NCBI GenBank assembly: GCA_004431415.1
Contig: QPMI01000273.1
Location: 1 to 64,000 of the forward strand
Length of the DNA: 64,000 nt
Source: Cyanophora paradoxa CCMP329
Taxonomy: Eukaryota > Plantae > Glaucophyta
Reading direction: 5' to 3'
This document shows positions 1-10,188 of the stretch, piece by piece. Under the pieces are notes generated by a model. It had not been told where the DNA came from. It made no database searches and saw nothing but the letters and a program-made list of their open reading frames with translations. The first letter of the stretch is position 1; the number at the start of each line of letters is the position of its first letter. The translations under genes were made by a program, and so were the position numbers.

Positions 1-1
1 A

Positions 2-184
2 TTGCAATTGAGTAAAGATATAGGTGGCTATGTTTACCATAGTGGTGAGCATGCAGAATTTATTCAAATCAATGACAGAAACCTGGTGATAAGGGAACTC
101 ACAGTTGAGTTTAAAGATTACTTTGGTGAACTGATTGATATGAATGGAATCGATAATTCGTTTCAGTTGGAGTTTATCGAATAA
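2..184 (+). CDS. Minor capsid (penton) protein, C-terminal fragment (5' partial)
   Basis: ELTVEFKDYFGELIDMNGIDNSFQLEF resembles the recurrent C-terminal strand motif (l.i.l.D..G.lidlnG.d.sf.Lef) of PLV/NCLDV single-jelly-roll pentons; recognised by eye. Confidence 0.65.
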   Translation: MQLSKDIGGYVYHSGEHAEFIQINDRNLVIRELTVEFKDYFGELIDMNGIDNSFQLEFIE

Positions 185-1703
185 AGGCACCTTTGAAATC
201 AACTCTCATTGTGGGAGCATTCACATACACAAGGGGATAAATGCGAATATATTTGATTCTGAGAGAGAAACCTATGTAAAAAGCATCCTTGATGCTGAGA
301 GGAAATCCACTCAATAGAGCCATATCACCTGAGTTGTGAGCATTGTTGATGTTCTCACAGACATATATTTTGTTCTGCCCATCTGATCGAATAAAAGACC
401 AGTTGATCCCATCAGTGGATGTTGCCACATTGAAAATCTTAATAAAAGCATTGGTGTCCCCTGATCCATAGGCAATCACAGAAGAGAGTTCAAAAGTATA
501 TGGGAAAGCAACTTGAAGGTATTCAGTGGGGGTTTCCCATATCTGTTCAGGAGCATAGGCTCCAGCTTCCCAGCCAAATGCTGAAGGTCTAGCCATGAAA
601 GGCTCTTTACCTGTCACAGAGGATGAGGCAGTAAAGGCATCAAAAGGAGGTGATGTAGTGAGAGTGGATGAGATGTAAGCCTTTGTAGGGTTCTTTAGTT
701 CATAGTTTGCTACTAGTAGGCTGCAAAGCTTATTAATCATATCATTGTTTGCTGCTATGTAGGTTTCAGTAAATGCAAGCATATCTGGAATCTTTGTGGT
801 GTCATCCAGGGAGCTTACTATGTGATTTGGAAGTGGGACTGATAGCCTAAAGTATCTCCCATAATCCTGATCATAGTTGTAGGGTAACAACTCCTCCATT
901 TTATCAAGGGCAGAAAGCTCACTTGCAGCCATGAGCATGTTAATCAATGGGCTTCCATCTGTTGAGGCAATCCATGAGAGAATGCCCCAGCTGTTTACAG
1001 TCTCATAAGCATAACCCACATAATCAGACTCTAAATGTGGGTCTACCTCTCCACAAGAGATACTTATTACTATAATATCATCATCATCACTGTAAATTTT
1101 CTTTGCATGGCTGTAACCACACACACTGGGATTATTGTTTCCCGAAATGGCACCATCAATTAGACAGACATATACTGCCCTATTGAAATCAACAATGCTT
1201 ACAGGAGAGAAATATGTGGGAGCAGCAGAGGTAGCCCTAGCAGCAATCTTACAAGGCATAAAGTTGTAATTGTTATCATTTGTGATAAATATTGGTTTCA
1301 TATTCTGAGTATCAAAGGATGTGATCACAATGTCCTTTAGGGAATCCTGTATTAGTGATTCACCAGTAACTGAATTGATTGCAGTCTCCAAGGGTCCCAC
1401 ATCATACTTTGTATTAAAAAGGGCATTTTCGATTATATTTCGAGGATTTGCGAAAATCAAGGGCAGTTGAGTAAGGTAAATATTGTGTAAATCGTTTGCT
1501 GTCAGTTTAGGTTCACCTGGTCTATCAGGATGCCTTATATTCAAACCTATTGCAATGATCCCACCAGTGGAAGTTCCACTCACAAGATCCACAAGATCGA
1601 TTATTCTCCTGCCAGTTCGATTTTCGATTTCTTTTAGCAGCCTGGTTATGATAATGCCCCTTGCACCCCCGCCAGAAAGACTTAAAACGACCTTGAGAGG
1701 CAT
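174..1703 (-). CDS. Patatin-like phospholipase fused to a C-terminal discoidin (F5/8 type C)-like domain
   Basis: Patatin motifs GGGARG (oxyanion loop), GTSTG (nucleophile elbow), SAAPTYF and DGA. The C-terminus EYLQVAF...STDGINW...KYIRIYP...MRVDFKG fits F5/8C. Confidence 0.9.
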   Translation of the reverse strand: MPLKVVLSLSGGGARGIIITRLLKEIENRTGRRIIDLVDLVSGTSTGGIIAIGLNIRHPDRPGEPKLTANDLHNIYLTQLPLIFANPRNIIENALFNTKYDVGPLETAINSVTGESLIQDSLKDIVITSFDTQNMKPIFITNDNNYNFMPCKIAARATSAAPTYFSPVSIVDFNRAVYVCLIDGAISGNNNPSVCGYSHAKKIYSDDDDIIVISISCGEVDPHLESDYVGYAYETVNSWGILSWIASTDGSPLINMLMAASELSALDKMEELLPYNYDQDYGRYFRLSVPLPNHIVSSLDDTTKIPDMLAFTETYIAANNDMINKLCSLLVANYELKNPTKAYISSTLTTSPPFDAFTASSSVTGKEPFMARPSAFGWEAGAYAPEQIWETPTEYLQVAFPYTFELSSVIAYGSGDTNAFIKIFNVATSTDGINWSFIRSDGQNKIYVCENINNAHNSGDMALLSGFPLSIKDAFYIGFSLRIKYIRIYPLVYVNAPTMRVDFKGAFIR

Positions 1704-1746
1704 CTTTTACTTATCAGGAATTTTATAAATCCATATAGTAAAAGCC

Positions 1747-4700
1747 ATGAGCTTCAATTACCCACCAATCTAGAAACCATTCAAGATGATAATGCAAGCA
1801 GCACCAAGCATGTGAACTTTGATAATATTAAAGTAAAGGGTTCAGTTTCAATTGACCACAGCTCTGATAATTCATCAAAGACTCAATCAAGGGAGCATGC
1901 TTTATCTGTGAATCAAACCGATCCAGATAAAGAGGAGGTCAGTGTTGCTTTTAGTTTGGGTAATGTGAAAGCAAACCAAGTGGCAGAGATCAAAGCAACA
2001 AGAAGGAGACCTAGGAAACTAAAAACCAGTGGCACTCACCCAGATATACCTTCCAGGTTCGATAGTGGTCGATTGATTTTCAATGTTCAAGATGAGCAGG
2101 GCAAACAGAACACAGCTTTGCGAATTTACAATGAGGGCAGCACTGCAAAAGCTGAGGTCCCCCAAGTATTGCAAGTGGGTCCCATTGCCAACACAAATCA
2201 GGTCTCCTACACAAATGATGTATACCCAAGGATATTACATATGACTTTGCGAGGAATGAGCCTTTTGGGTTTTTTACTCCAAAAGATGTCCATCAAAAAA
2301 AGCCATCAATTACAATCAACAGTAGCCCCAGTCAACCAGTAGCAATCCATTTACACCCTGATTTAGTCGAAATGGATAGGCACCTTTTGCCTTTGTATAG
2401 CAATGTGAAAGACCTTGGAATTCGAACCAGGCAATGGCGAAATATCCATGGCAGCAATGTGTATGCAAATGGGGAGAAACTTGTGAGTGAGAAAACTCTA
2501 AGGGAAATAATCGAGCATTATGGTCCCAATGGACCAACAGTCCCATTCCCTATTCCATTTCCAAATGGACCTCCCGATTTAACACCAAAGAGACAGCCTG
2601 GAAGAGAATACACAGCAACTGAAGATGTAGCCTTTGGGCAGCATATTGTTAGTTGGGAGCAAGTTCGCAATAAACCTATAATTGAACCCAGAAAGCAAAT
2701 AGATGAGCAGTATTTACCTCCTGAAGTCGATATATTAGAGCTTGATGAATATCAATTCGTTCCAGATGAGGAAGAATATTTACCAGATGGTTTTGACCCA
2801 CAAGAATATGAATATGATCAGTTTGATCCCAATGAGGAGGAGATACTACCAGATGGCTTAGATCCACAAGAGTTTGAGTATGAGCAGAACTATGAACCTG
2901 ATGAGGAGTATTTGCCAGATGGGCATGATCCACCAGTTGTTGATTATGAGCAACCTTATGAACCCCATGAGGAATTATTACCAGATGGATTTCGACCTGA
3001 GATCTGGGAGTTCTTTCCTGATTATGAACAAATTAATAATAAACCTGCAAAGTATCCCCCAGAGGATCACAATCATGATTGGGATGAGATCTTAGGCAAA
3101 CCTCAAAGTATCCACCAGAGGATCACAGGCATGATTGGGGAGAAATTGATGGGATACCTACTGAGTTCCCACCAAGCAAACATGAACATACTTGGGATGA
3201 GATCAATGACCAACCAGAATTCGCAAAGGTAGAGCCTCTTGATAACTTGGGGGTTTCTCTTTATCAGACTTGTAATGTCCCAGAAAGAATCTTTTTGAAT
3301 GAACACTATGTACATGTGAATGGGACACTTGCAAATTCAGCTATGAGAGGACCACTTCATATTAGGACATTACCAGGCTCTTTTGAAACCCCACCACCAC
3401 CAGGAGCAACCATACCAAATATCTTTGTGTCAAAATACATGGAGGCTGACATCCCCACAGATACATTCAGAGTCCCAACAGACCCAGCAACCTACCAAAA
3501 TTACAACTCTGCTATACAGGTTCATGTAGCAGATGTAAGCAGCTTAGATGGCTCAAGACCAATGATAGTTTTCAGTCGAGATAAGTATTCCTACATTCCC
3601 ATAGTGGGAACTGCAAATGATAATTATGGAAGGGCAGAGCTTGCATGGATTAAAACAGATTATGGTGGGGTTCTGGAAGCCAATCAAAGAATGGCTGCAA
3701 AAAACATACACAATGAGAGCATTTCGAGAGTAGTCACAGAGGATTACCTTCAAGCTCAGAACTACATAGATGAAACAGAACTAAATACAATCATTGCAGG
3801 TATAGGTATTGGTGTTACAGGCAATTACCTCCCTCTCACAGGTGGGACTATTGATGGAACAGTAACAGCATGTAACTTCTTTGTCCATACTGAAAGCAAT
3901 CAAACCTTTCCTGTGGTTCATCCAGGAGGTGAGTATGAGATACCTGATGATCCAGCTATTATGCCCATTAAGATTGATCTCCCTTCTGATTATGTAGGAA
4001 GGGGTGAACTAAAGACCATCTCTTTCACAGGAGATTATAATGATCTCATAAATAAACCCACTGCTGCAAATCTGCATCCTGTTGCATTTTCGGGTAGTTT
4101 CCTTGATCTAAATAATAGATCACACACCCACACAAAGGCAGAAATCACAGATTTTGCACACACTCACACCAAATCACAAATTACAGATTTTGCACACTTC
4201 CACACAAGAGCAGATATCACAAATTTCGCCCACACTCATGTTAAATCTGAGATCTTAGATCTCGGAAATGTTGCATATGTGGGTCACACCCATACCAAGG
4301 CAGAGATTACAGATCTTGGAAATGTTGCATATGTTGGTCACACCCACACTAAGGCAGAGATTACAGATTTTGCACACACTCATGATTGGAATACAGATAT
4401 TTATAACAAACCAGCGATTTTCTCGGGCAACTACAATGATCTGACCAATAAACCCACCCTTGATCCCTTTACAGCAAATAATATCACTGCAAATGCAAAC
4501 CTTCTTATTGGATCAGGTTACTTTCTCGATTATGACCCATATATTATGCCTGATCCTCCTGTTATTTGGAATTTCCACAACTCTACCCTTTCTACTAACT
4601 CTATATCTTACTATCAGGATAAAACACTCCTTGTTCGTGGTAATGCATATGCAAGAGAAATGTGGGTCATGGATCCTCGGGACAATTCAAAGGTTACTAA

Positions 4701-5025
4701 GCTGGCTCCTCAATACATGCTTGATAACCTGATTAGAAAAGGGAGACATGAAATGACAATTGCAAATCCTCAAATTGGGGGCAGTTCAGCAAGGCAAAAC
4801 CATACCATTACATTAAATTGGAGTCCTGCCTTTGCATCTGCTCCATCTGTTGTTGTAACATTGCAGGGACTACCTGCAACAAATGTGGAAATCGATTATA
4901 AAATAGGAATATCAAGCAACTCAACAACCTCTACCACAATCAATCTTGTTATTTGGGCAGCAGGATGGGTAACCATTCAACCACAGTGGCTTCAAATTGC
5001 AATTCATTGGATAGCAACAGCATAA
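1747..5025 (+). CDS. Large phage-tail-fibre-like virion protein (~1090 aa), split in this assembly by three single-base losses (~1760, ~2221, ~3104)
   Basis: ATG 1747 and ORFs 1812, 2372 and 3247 join by successive -1 shifts, with the repeat pattern continuing across the 3104 break (KYPPEDHxHDW). Contains LLP..KDLG..RQWRNI, acidic LPDG repeats, F(S/T)G.YNDL.NKP motifs, HTHTKAEITDFA repeats and an H-type-lectin-like C-terminus. Confidence 0.8.
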
Positions 5026-5050
5026 TTAAGATTCTCACACTATTACAAAG

Positions 5051-6117
5051 ATGACCTCTCTATTAGAAATCCCAAATTATGAACTTGCAGCCAAATCACT
5101 CCATAGCACCTCTCATGGAGTAGTTGATTCAACACCTGGGTATATTTGCACTGAAACTTCAAGTAATACCTCTTTCACAGAGAATAATATACTCAGAGTC
5201 AAAGAGATTAGATGTGATCGAAATGGAGGCAAGATTAGAACCACAGGCATTATAATCTCGAATAAAAATCAAGTCCAATCAGGTCAGGTAGTCCCGGATT
5301 CAGCAATATATGATAATGTGGGTGGAGTCACCACAGCACAGATAGTGACTTTTGGGAACACAAGCAATAATTCCGCTCTTGTAGTCAAGAGTGGAGGAGC
5401 CTACATTGGAGATGGAGCAAATGTAGCAGGAACTGTCACAGCAAATCAACTATCTGTGAGTGGGACAAGTAGTTTTGGCGGGTTTATGAACTTCAATGGT
5501 GGGCTTTCAGGAAATATTCAGTATGGAACACTCACACTTTCTACAAGAATAAACACACCTGAGATTGATAACATGAGTGACATGGTCATAAATTACAAGA
5601 GGAATGGGGATACCATTCTTTCTCTTCAAAAAACTATTCAGACAGATAACACAACTGTTCAACATCTCACACTTCCGACAAGCAAATATCTCAAATTAAG
5701 TAGCCATCCTCGTTTCTTTGCAACAAAACAGCAACCAAATGGGTCAATAACTGCAACAATTTCCTCAATAAATATATATCCAACAACAGGAGTCATAGTG
5801 AACCAAGGAAATCATTTCGATCCTGCGACAGGGCTTTTTACTGCCCTGTTACAGGAAACTATCTTGTCACATTTAGTGGATCCTGTTATTGGACTGGAAG
5901 AACAACTAATATTGTTACATTTTTACAGAAAAACGGAAGCTCATCTGGAATTGAAGTTAATACTAATTATGCATCTGCATATGCAAACAATGGGTTCGAA
6001 ATTATTGTAGACCTTCAAGCCAATGATTCCATCAGAATATCATATAATAGCAGTGGTGGAGGTTCTATATATTATAATATCAGATGGTTCTTTGGATGTA
6101 TGCTTGTCCATTCATAA
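5051..6117 (+). CDS. Fibre/spike paralogue 1 with C1q-like head (one-base loss at ~5845)
   Basis: Shares its N-terminus with 6140/7484/8353. Restoring one C at actgccctgtt gives FTAPVTGNYLVTFSG...IIVDLQANDSI...WFFGCMLV* (TAA 6115-6117), a C1q-type pattern. Confidence 0.8.
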
Positions 6118-6139
6118 TATTGTCTACATAATATAAAGA

Positions 6140-7159
6140 ATGTCTACACAAATAGCAGTTCCTGTTTTCTGTTATGCTGCCCCGAAATTACATCAACTCA
6201 ATCACACAGTAACAGATGCAACCCCTGGGTTTATTTGCACTGAAACAACAGGAGCCGATTCGTTTTCTCAAAACTCTGTGATCAGATGCAAAGAAATTCG
6301 ATGTGATCGCAATGGGGGCAAGGTGAGAACCACAGGTTTAATAGTTTCAAACAAGAACCAAGTTCAATCAGGTCAGATTGTTTCCGATTCATCAATATAT
6401 GATGATGTTGGAGGGGTCACCACACCCAAAATAGTAACCTTTGACAATACAATTAATAACTCTGCTCTTGTTGTGAGAAGTGGAGGAGCTTACATTGGAG
6501 ATGGGGCAAGAGTTGATGGAACTCTTACAGCAAACCAGGTGAGTATTACAGGAACAAGCACCTTTACAGGATTGGTAACAGCTAATGCTGGTATTTCACT
6601 ACCAATTGCCTCACAGGCTACAATCACAGCAACAAACAAGGTTGTTACACCAGAAATCGATACAGGAGCCAATGTAGACCTTCTCCTGAAACGAAATAGT
6701 TACACTGTTGTTACTCTGGAAGCGAATAGTTTGACAGTTAATACAGGGTGTTATCTCAAAACATCACATCCACGATTTTCAGTTCAACTTGGCTACAACC
6801 ACACTGCTACAACTTCTGCTGATCTACTAAACTGGGCAACAGTTCGAGTAAACAATACCAATTCATTCAGCACATCAACTGGAAGGTTCACAGCACCTGT
6901 TGCAGGACACTATCGATTTTCAGTATTCACTTCTTCAACCACAACTTCTGCTATTGAATTGTTTCTCAGGGTAAACAATGCAGATCCAGGGGGATTGAGC
7001 ATTTCCCAAGTTCACAATCTGTCAACAACAAATAAAGCGCTGTGTTTCTCTTGCATTCTCAATCTTGCCCAAAACGAATATGTGACACTTGTTACAAATT
7101 CAGTCGGTTCCTATGCAAGTCAAACAGCCTTCTCAGGTGAATTAATAAGCATCGTTTAA
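6140..7159 (+). CDS. Fibre/spike paralogue 2 with C1q-like head
   Basis: Shared N-terminus; C-terminus TGRFTAPVAGHYRFS...ILNLAQNEYV...FSGELI is a classic C1q signature. Confidence 0.85.
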   Translation: MSTQIAVPVFCYAAPKLHQLNHTVTDATPGFICTETTGADSFSQNSVIRCKEIRCDRNGGKVRTTGLIVSNKNQVQSGQIVSDSSIYDDVGGVTTPKIVTFDNTINNSALVVRSGGAYIGDGARVDGTLTANQVSITGTSTFTGLVTANAGISLPIASQATITATNKVVTPEIDTGANVDLLLKRNSYTVVTLEANSLTVNTGCYLKTSHPRFSVQLGYNHTATTSADLLNWATVRVNNTNSFSTSTGRFTAPVAGHYRFSVFTSSTTTSAIELFLRVNNADPGGLSISQVHNLSTTNKALCFSCILNLAQNEYVTLVTNSVGSYASQTAFSGELISIV

Positions 7160-7181
7160 TTTTCTTATGGTAGTTTAGGAA

Positions 7182-7448
7182 ATGTCGAATATTTACCAAG
7201 TGGTTCTATCTGATATTGAGAAGTTGGGAATGGAATTTTGTGCTGCTTCTGTTCAAGATTGGATCGATAATGCAGCCCATAACAGGGCAAGAATCGCAAT
7301 TGATGAGATTGTTCAGAAAGAGATCCACTCTTGCATCTCAGGTGGAGTTCAAATACCAACCTCAAAGGAAGCAATTGTGTTACAGGCATTCCGAAGGGGA
7401 ACTGTGAAAAAAGCGATCGAGTATAATATTGTCACAGAAGAACAATGA
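7182..7448 (+). CDS. Small hypothetical protein resembling phage proteins that follow C1q fibre genes
   Basis: DWIDNAAHNRARIAIDEIV motif recalled from marine phage hypothetical proteins; lies directly after the C1q fibre genes. Confidence 0.6.
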   Translation: MSNIYQVVLSDIEKLGMEFCAASVQDWIDNAAHNRARIAIDEIVQKEIHSCISGGVQIPTSKEAIVLQAFRRGTVKKAIEYNIVTEEQ

Positions 7449-7483
7449 ACATTATTTTTCTTTCCTTCTTAGTAAAAGAAGCA

Positions 7484-8329
7484 ATGGGTGAATATAATCG
7501 AGTTCAACTGCCTATATATTCCCTTGGATCCCCTGCAATGCATTTTCGCCAGCATGAAGTAAATGATGAGGTTCGTGGTTTAGAATCCACAGAGAGACCC
7601 AATTCCAATGGCAACTCCTTTGATAAAAATTCGATTATTCGAGTTAAAGAGCTGAGAGCTGATAAGAATTCTGGTGTGGTTAAAACAACTCGACTTCTTG
7701 TCACAAATGCTAACTTCTTTCAGCCTACTAATGGAGGTCCTGATGCTTACAGTGTTGATCTGAAAGCCCTTGATTTCGATAAGAATTCTGCTGCTGTCAC
7801 TGTGAGATCAGGTGGGGCTTTTATTGGTGGTGGCTGCAGAGTTTCAGGTCAGCTTTCATCCTCAATTTCGTATAATGATGTCCCAGATACTCTTGAACAG
7901 AATGTTGAAGACCCCCAACGAATTCGATTATATATACCAGTTGCACAACAGCCACTTATTCAATTTTACCAAGGTTATACTGTCACACTTGAAAACTCTG
8001 AATTGATTGAAGGAACCAAAAGAGTAATGAGAGGGCTGGTCATTCCTTCTGCAATGCTTTCTTTATGTAGAGCCAACAATAACCAGCCAGGTCACAGATA
8101 CAATTTCAGTGTTCAAGGATATGATCATTTCGGCACAGGGTTCTGTGTTTATAATAACAATTTCACCTATGATCTGTTTGTTACAGATATTGGAAAATAT
8201 ACAATTACAGTCATGGGTATCAGAACAGATATAGCTGCTGTCTCAGCTCTTAGAGGTGTTACTCCTGATACTCTTTCTCAAACAGGGTTTTACCAAGAGC
8301 CAGATGTAATTGATGACCCAACCCCATAA
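7484..8329 (+). CDS. Fibre/spike paralogue 3 (non-C1q head)
   Basis: N-terminus IRVKELRADKNSGVVKTTRLLVTNAN...VRSGGAFIGGG aligns with the paralogues. ATG 7484 is chosen because it aligns with the paralogue starts (ORF track starts at 7445). Confidence 0.8.
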   Translation: MGEYNRVQLPIYSLGSPAMHFRQHEVNDEVRGLESTERPNSNGNSFDKNSIIRVKELRADKNSGVVKTTRLLVTNANFFQPTNGGPDAYSVDLKALDFDKNSAAVTVRSGGAFIGGGCRVSGQLSSSISYNDVPDTLEQNVEDPQRIRLYIPVAQQPLIQFYQGYTVTLENSELIEGTKRVMRGLVIPSAMLSLCRANNNQPGHRYNFSVQGYDHFGTGFCVYNNNFTYDLFVTDIGKYTITVMGIRTDIAAVSALRGVTPDTLSQTGFYQEPDVIDDPTP

Positions 8330-8352
8330 AAGATATATCCCTTTAATGTAAA

Positions 8353-9186
8353 ATGGCTGAGCAACCCCCACTTGAACGAATTATTACACCACAGCTATCA
8401 TTAGCTGCCCCAGCAAACCATGTTCTACAGCATGCTACCTTTGATGATGTAGAGGGTCTCCAATCAACAGAGGTCCAACCTACAATGAACACCTTTGGTT
8501 CCACCCATAAACTGAGATTACAGGAACTCAGATGTGATAAAAATAATGGAATAGTTAAGACAACTAAGCTACTTGTCACAAATGCAAACTTCTCTGCTCA
8601 TTATGGAGACCCAGATAGTTATGGAGATCCTCTTTCTACTTATTCTTTTGAATCTAGGTCGGGAGCTATTAACTGCAAATCGGGAGGAGCTTATATTGGT
8701 GATGGTCTTAGGGTTGGTGGGGCTGTTGGAGCGCCTTTATTTGTGAATGATCAACCCAATCCCATTGATCCCAATACAAGAATTCGAACCTATGTCCCCA
8801 GCATGAATGCCCCCTATATTATTAAGATATTCCCAATTGTGGTAAATGAACAGACAGCAGTAGTAGACTCTCTTGTTGAAATTGGTGACCACTACAAGGT
8901 AGTTGTGGATATCCCACCAGATGTTTATGCTCTTTGTCAAGTAGAGGGTGGAACTCCTAATTTTGCTGTTGTGATCACCCCATATGATAATTTCGGAATT
9001 GGTTATCATGGAGTCAATTTTTGTTTGGAAGATTATCAGTTCCTGGTTAGAGCCACCAAGTTTGGTATCTACAAATGTGTATTATATGCTGAGAGAACCG
9101 ATTTTATCGCAAAGCAGAATACCTATGCTGAGTATTATGGCACAAATCGATATTTCCCCATTTTTGGGCAGGATACTGCTCCATAA
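8353..9186 (+). CDS. Fibre/spike paralogue 4 (head related to paralogue 3)
   Basis: LRLQELRCDKNNGIVKTTKLLVTNAN...KSGGAYIGDG; the C-terminus shares RIR.Y.P, IP....LC, YD.FG.G and RTD with 7484. Confidence 0.8.
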   Translation: MAEQPPLERIITPQLSLAAPANHVLQHATFDDVEGLQSTEVQPTMNTFGSTHKLRLQELRCDKNNGIVKTTKLLVTNANFSAHYGDPDSYGDPLSTYSFESRSGAINCKSGGAYIGDGLRVGGAVGAPLFVNDQPNPIDPNTRIRTYVPSMNAPYIIKIFPIVVNEQTAVVDSLVEIGDHYKVVVDIPPDVYALCQVEGGTPNFAVVITPYDNFGIGYHGVNFCLEDYQFLVRATKFGIYKCVLYAERTDFIAKQNTYAEYYGTNRYFPIFGQDTAP

Positions 9187-9208
9187 GAATATTGGTTATA
9201 TATAGAGT

Positions 9209-9481
9209 ATGGATACTAAAACAAAAAAGTTTATTGATGCTGCTATGACAGTTCATGGTAAAGATAAATTCGATTACAGTGAGACACATTACATCAAAGC
9301 TCAAGAGAAAGTATCTGTTAGATGTTTGCAATGTAACAAGGTGATCCTAACATATCCCTTTAATCATGTGAAGGGATCAGGGTGTAGGGACTGTAACAAA
9401 AGAAAGAGTCAAGCACACAGGAAAAGAGCTACTTCATCAATCAGAGTAGAGTATAGGGATATTTGCATTAGGTTTGACTAG
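9209..9481 (+). CDS. Zinc-ribbon protein (single repeat of the type found in large-DNA-virus/phage endonuclease-associated proteins)
   Basis: KFI.AA..VHG.DKFDYS...Y....KV.V.CxxC......P.NH.KGSGCxxC pattern; no nuclease domain attached. Confidence 0.7.
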   Translation: MDTKTKKFIDAAMTVHGKDKFDYSETHYIKAQEKVSVRCLQCNKVILTYPFNHVKGSGCRDCNKRKSQAHRKRATSSIRVEYRDICIRFD

Positions 9482-9504
9482 TTAATTTTTCTAAGGTATT
9501 CTTA

Positions 9505-9903
9505 ATGGAGACTAAATACAGAGGCTTTCATGTAATGCTTGATTACAAAGCTAAAGCAGCTATAGCAACAGGTCATGAGCATGTGAGCTTTCTAGGGAAT
9601 TGGATAATGGGAACCCTTGAACAAGCAGTATTGAGACAAGGTATTAGGATTGTTCATAAGCACTGTGAGGTTTTTGATGGCAAACTATCACCTCCTGGTT
9701 TTGCATTGGTTCTGCTATTAGATGAAAGCCATTGCACAGCTCATTGTTATTCCAATGAAGGCATGTTAGCTATTGATATATTCAGTTGTGGTAAAGAAGC
9801 TCAGCATAAAACACAATCAGTTGCAGATGAGATCGATAAAACAATGAATTTCCTCACATTTGAGAAGACTGAGAGACATAAACATGATAGATTCCCGTTT
9901 TGA
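9505..9903 (+). CDS. speD: Short prokaryotic-type pyruvoyl-dependent S-adenosylmethionine decarboxylase family proenzyme
   Basis: G.H.MLD N-terminus, LLDESHCTAHCY containing the E|S self-cleavage site, AIDIFSCG motif; 132 aa. Confidence 0.85.
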   Translation: METKYRGFHVMLDYKAKAAIATGHEHVSFLGNWIMGTLEQAVLRQGIRIVHKHCEVFDGKLSPPGFALVLLLDESHCTAHCYSNEGMLAIDIFSCGKEAQHKTQSVADEIDKTMNFLTFEKTERHKHDRFPF

Positions 9904-10188
9904 TGGGTTTCTATCATGAGTTTTGAAAGGATTTCTTTGTTTTCTAACAATAACATTGATCAGCTACTGTTACAAAAGGATATAATATATCCTTTACCTA
10001 CAGTAGCTTTCTACTGATTATTTTCCGGATTCCGGTTATTGTTTACAGTAGAAATCTAATGTATGATGTAGCCGAAATATGAATGCACCCTACACCTTCA
10101 AGTGTAAGATTTCGAATAATGTTCGATTTCCTTACAATAAAACTCAGCATCTCCCCTTCATTCCCCCTATTATATTATATTTATATTT

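Noticed and set aside
1747-6117. Programmed ribosomal frameshifting in fibre genes
   Set aside because: There are no canonical slippery heptamers at the breaks, and paralogue 6140 is uninterrupted at the equivalent position.
1700-7484. Shared AGTAAAAG just upstream of three viral ATGs as a promoter motif
   Set aside because: Only three instances in AT-rich DNA; not distinguishable from chance without the rest of the element.
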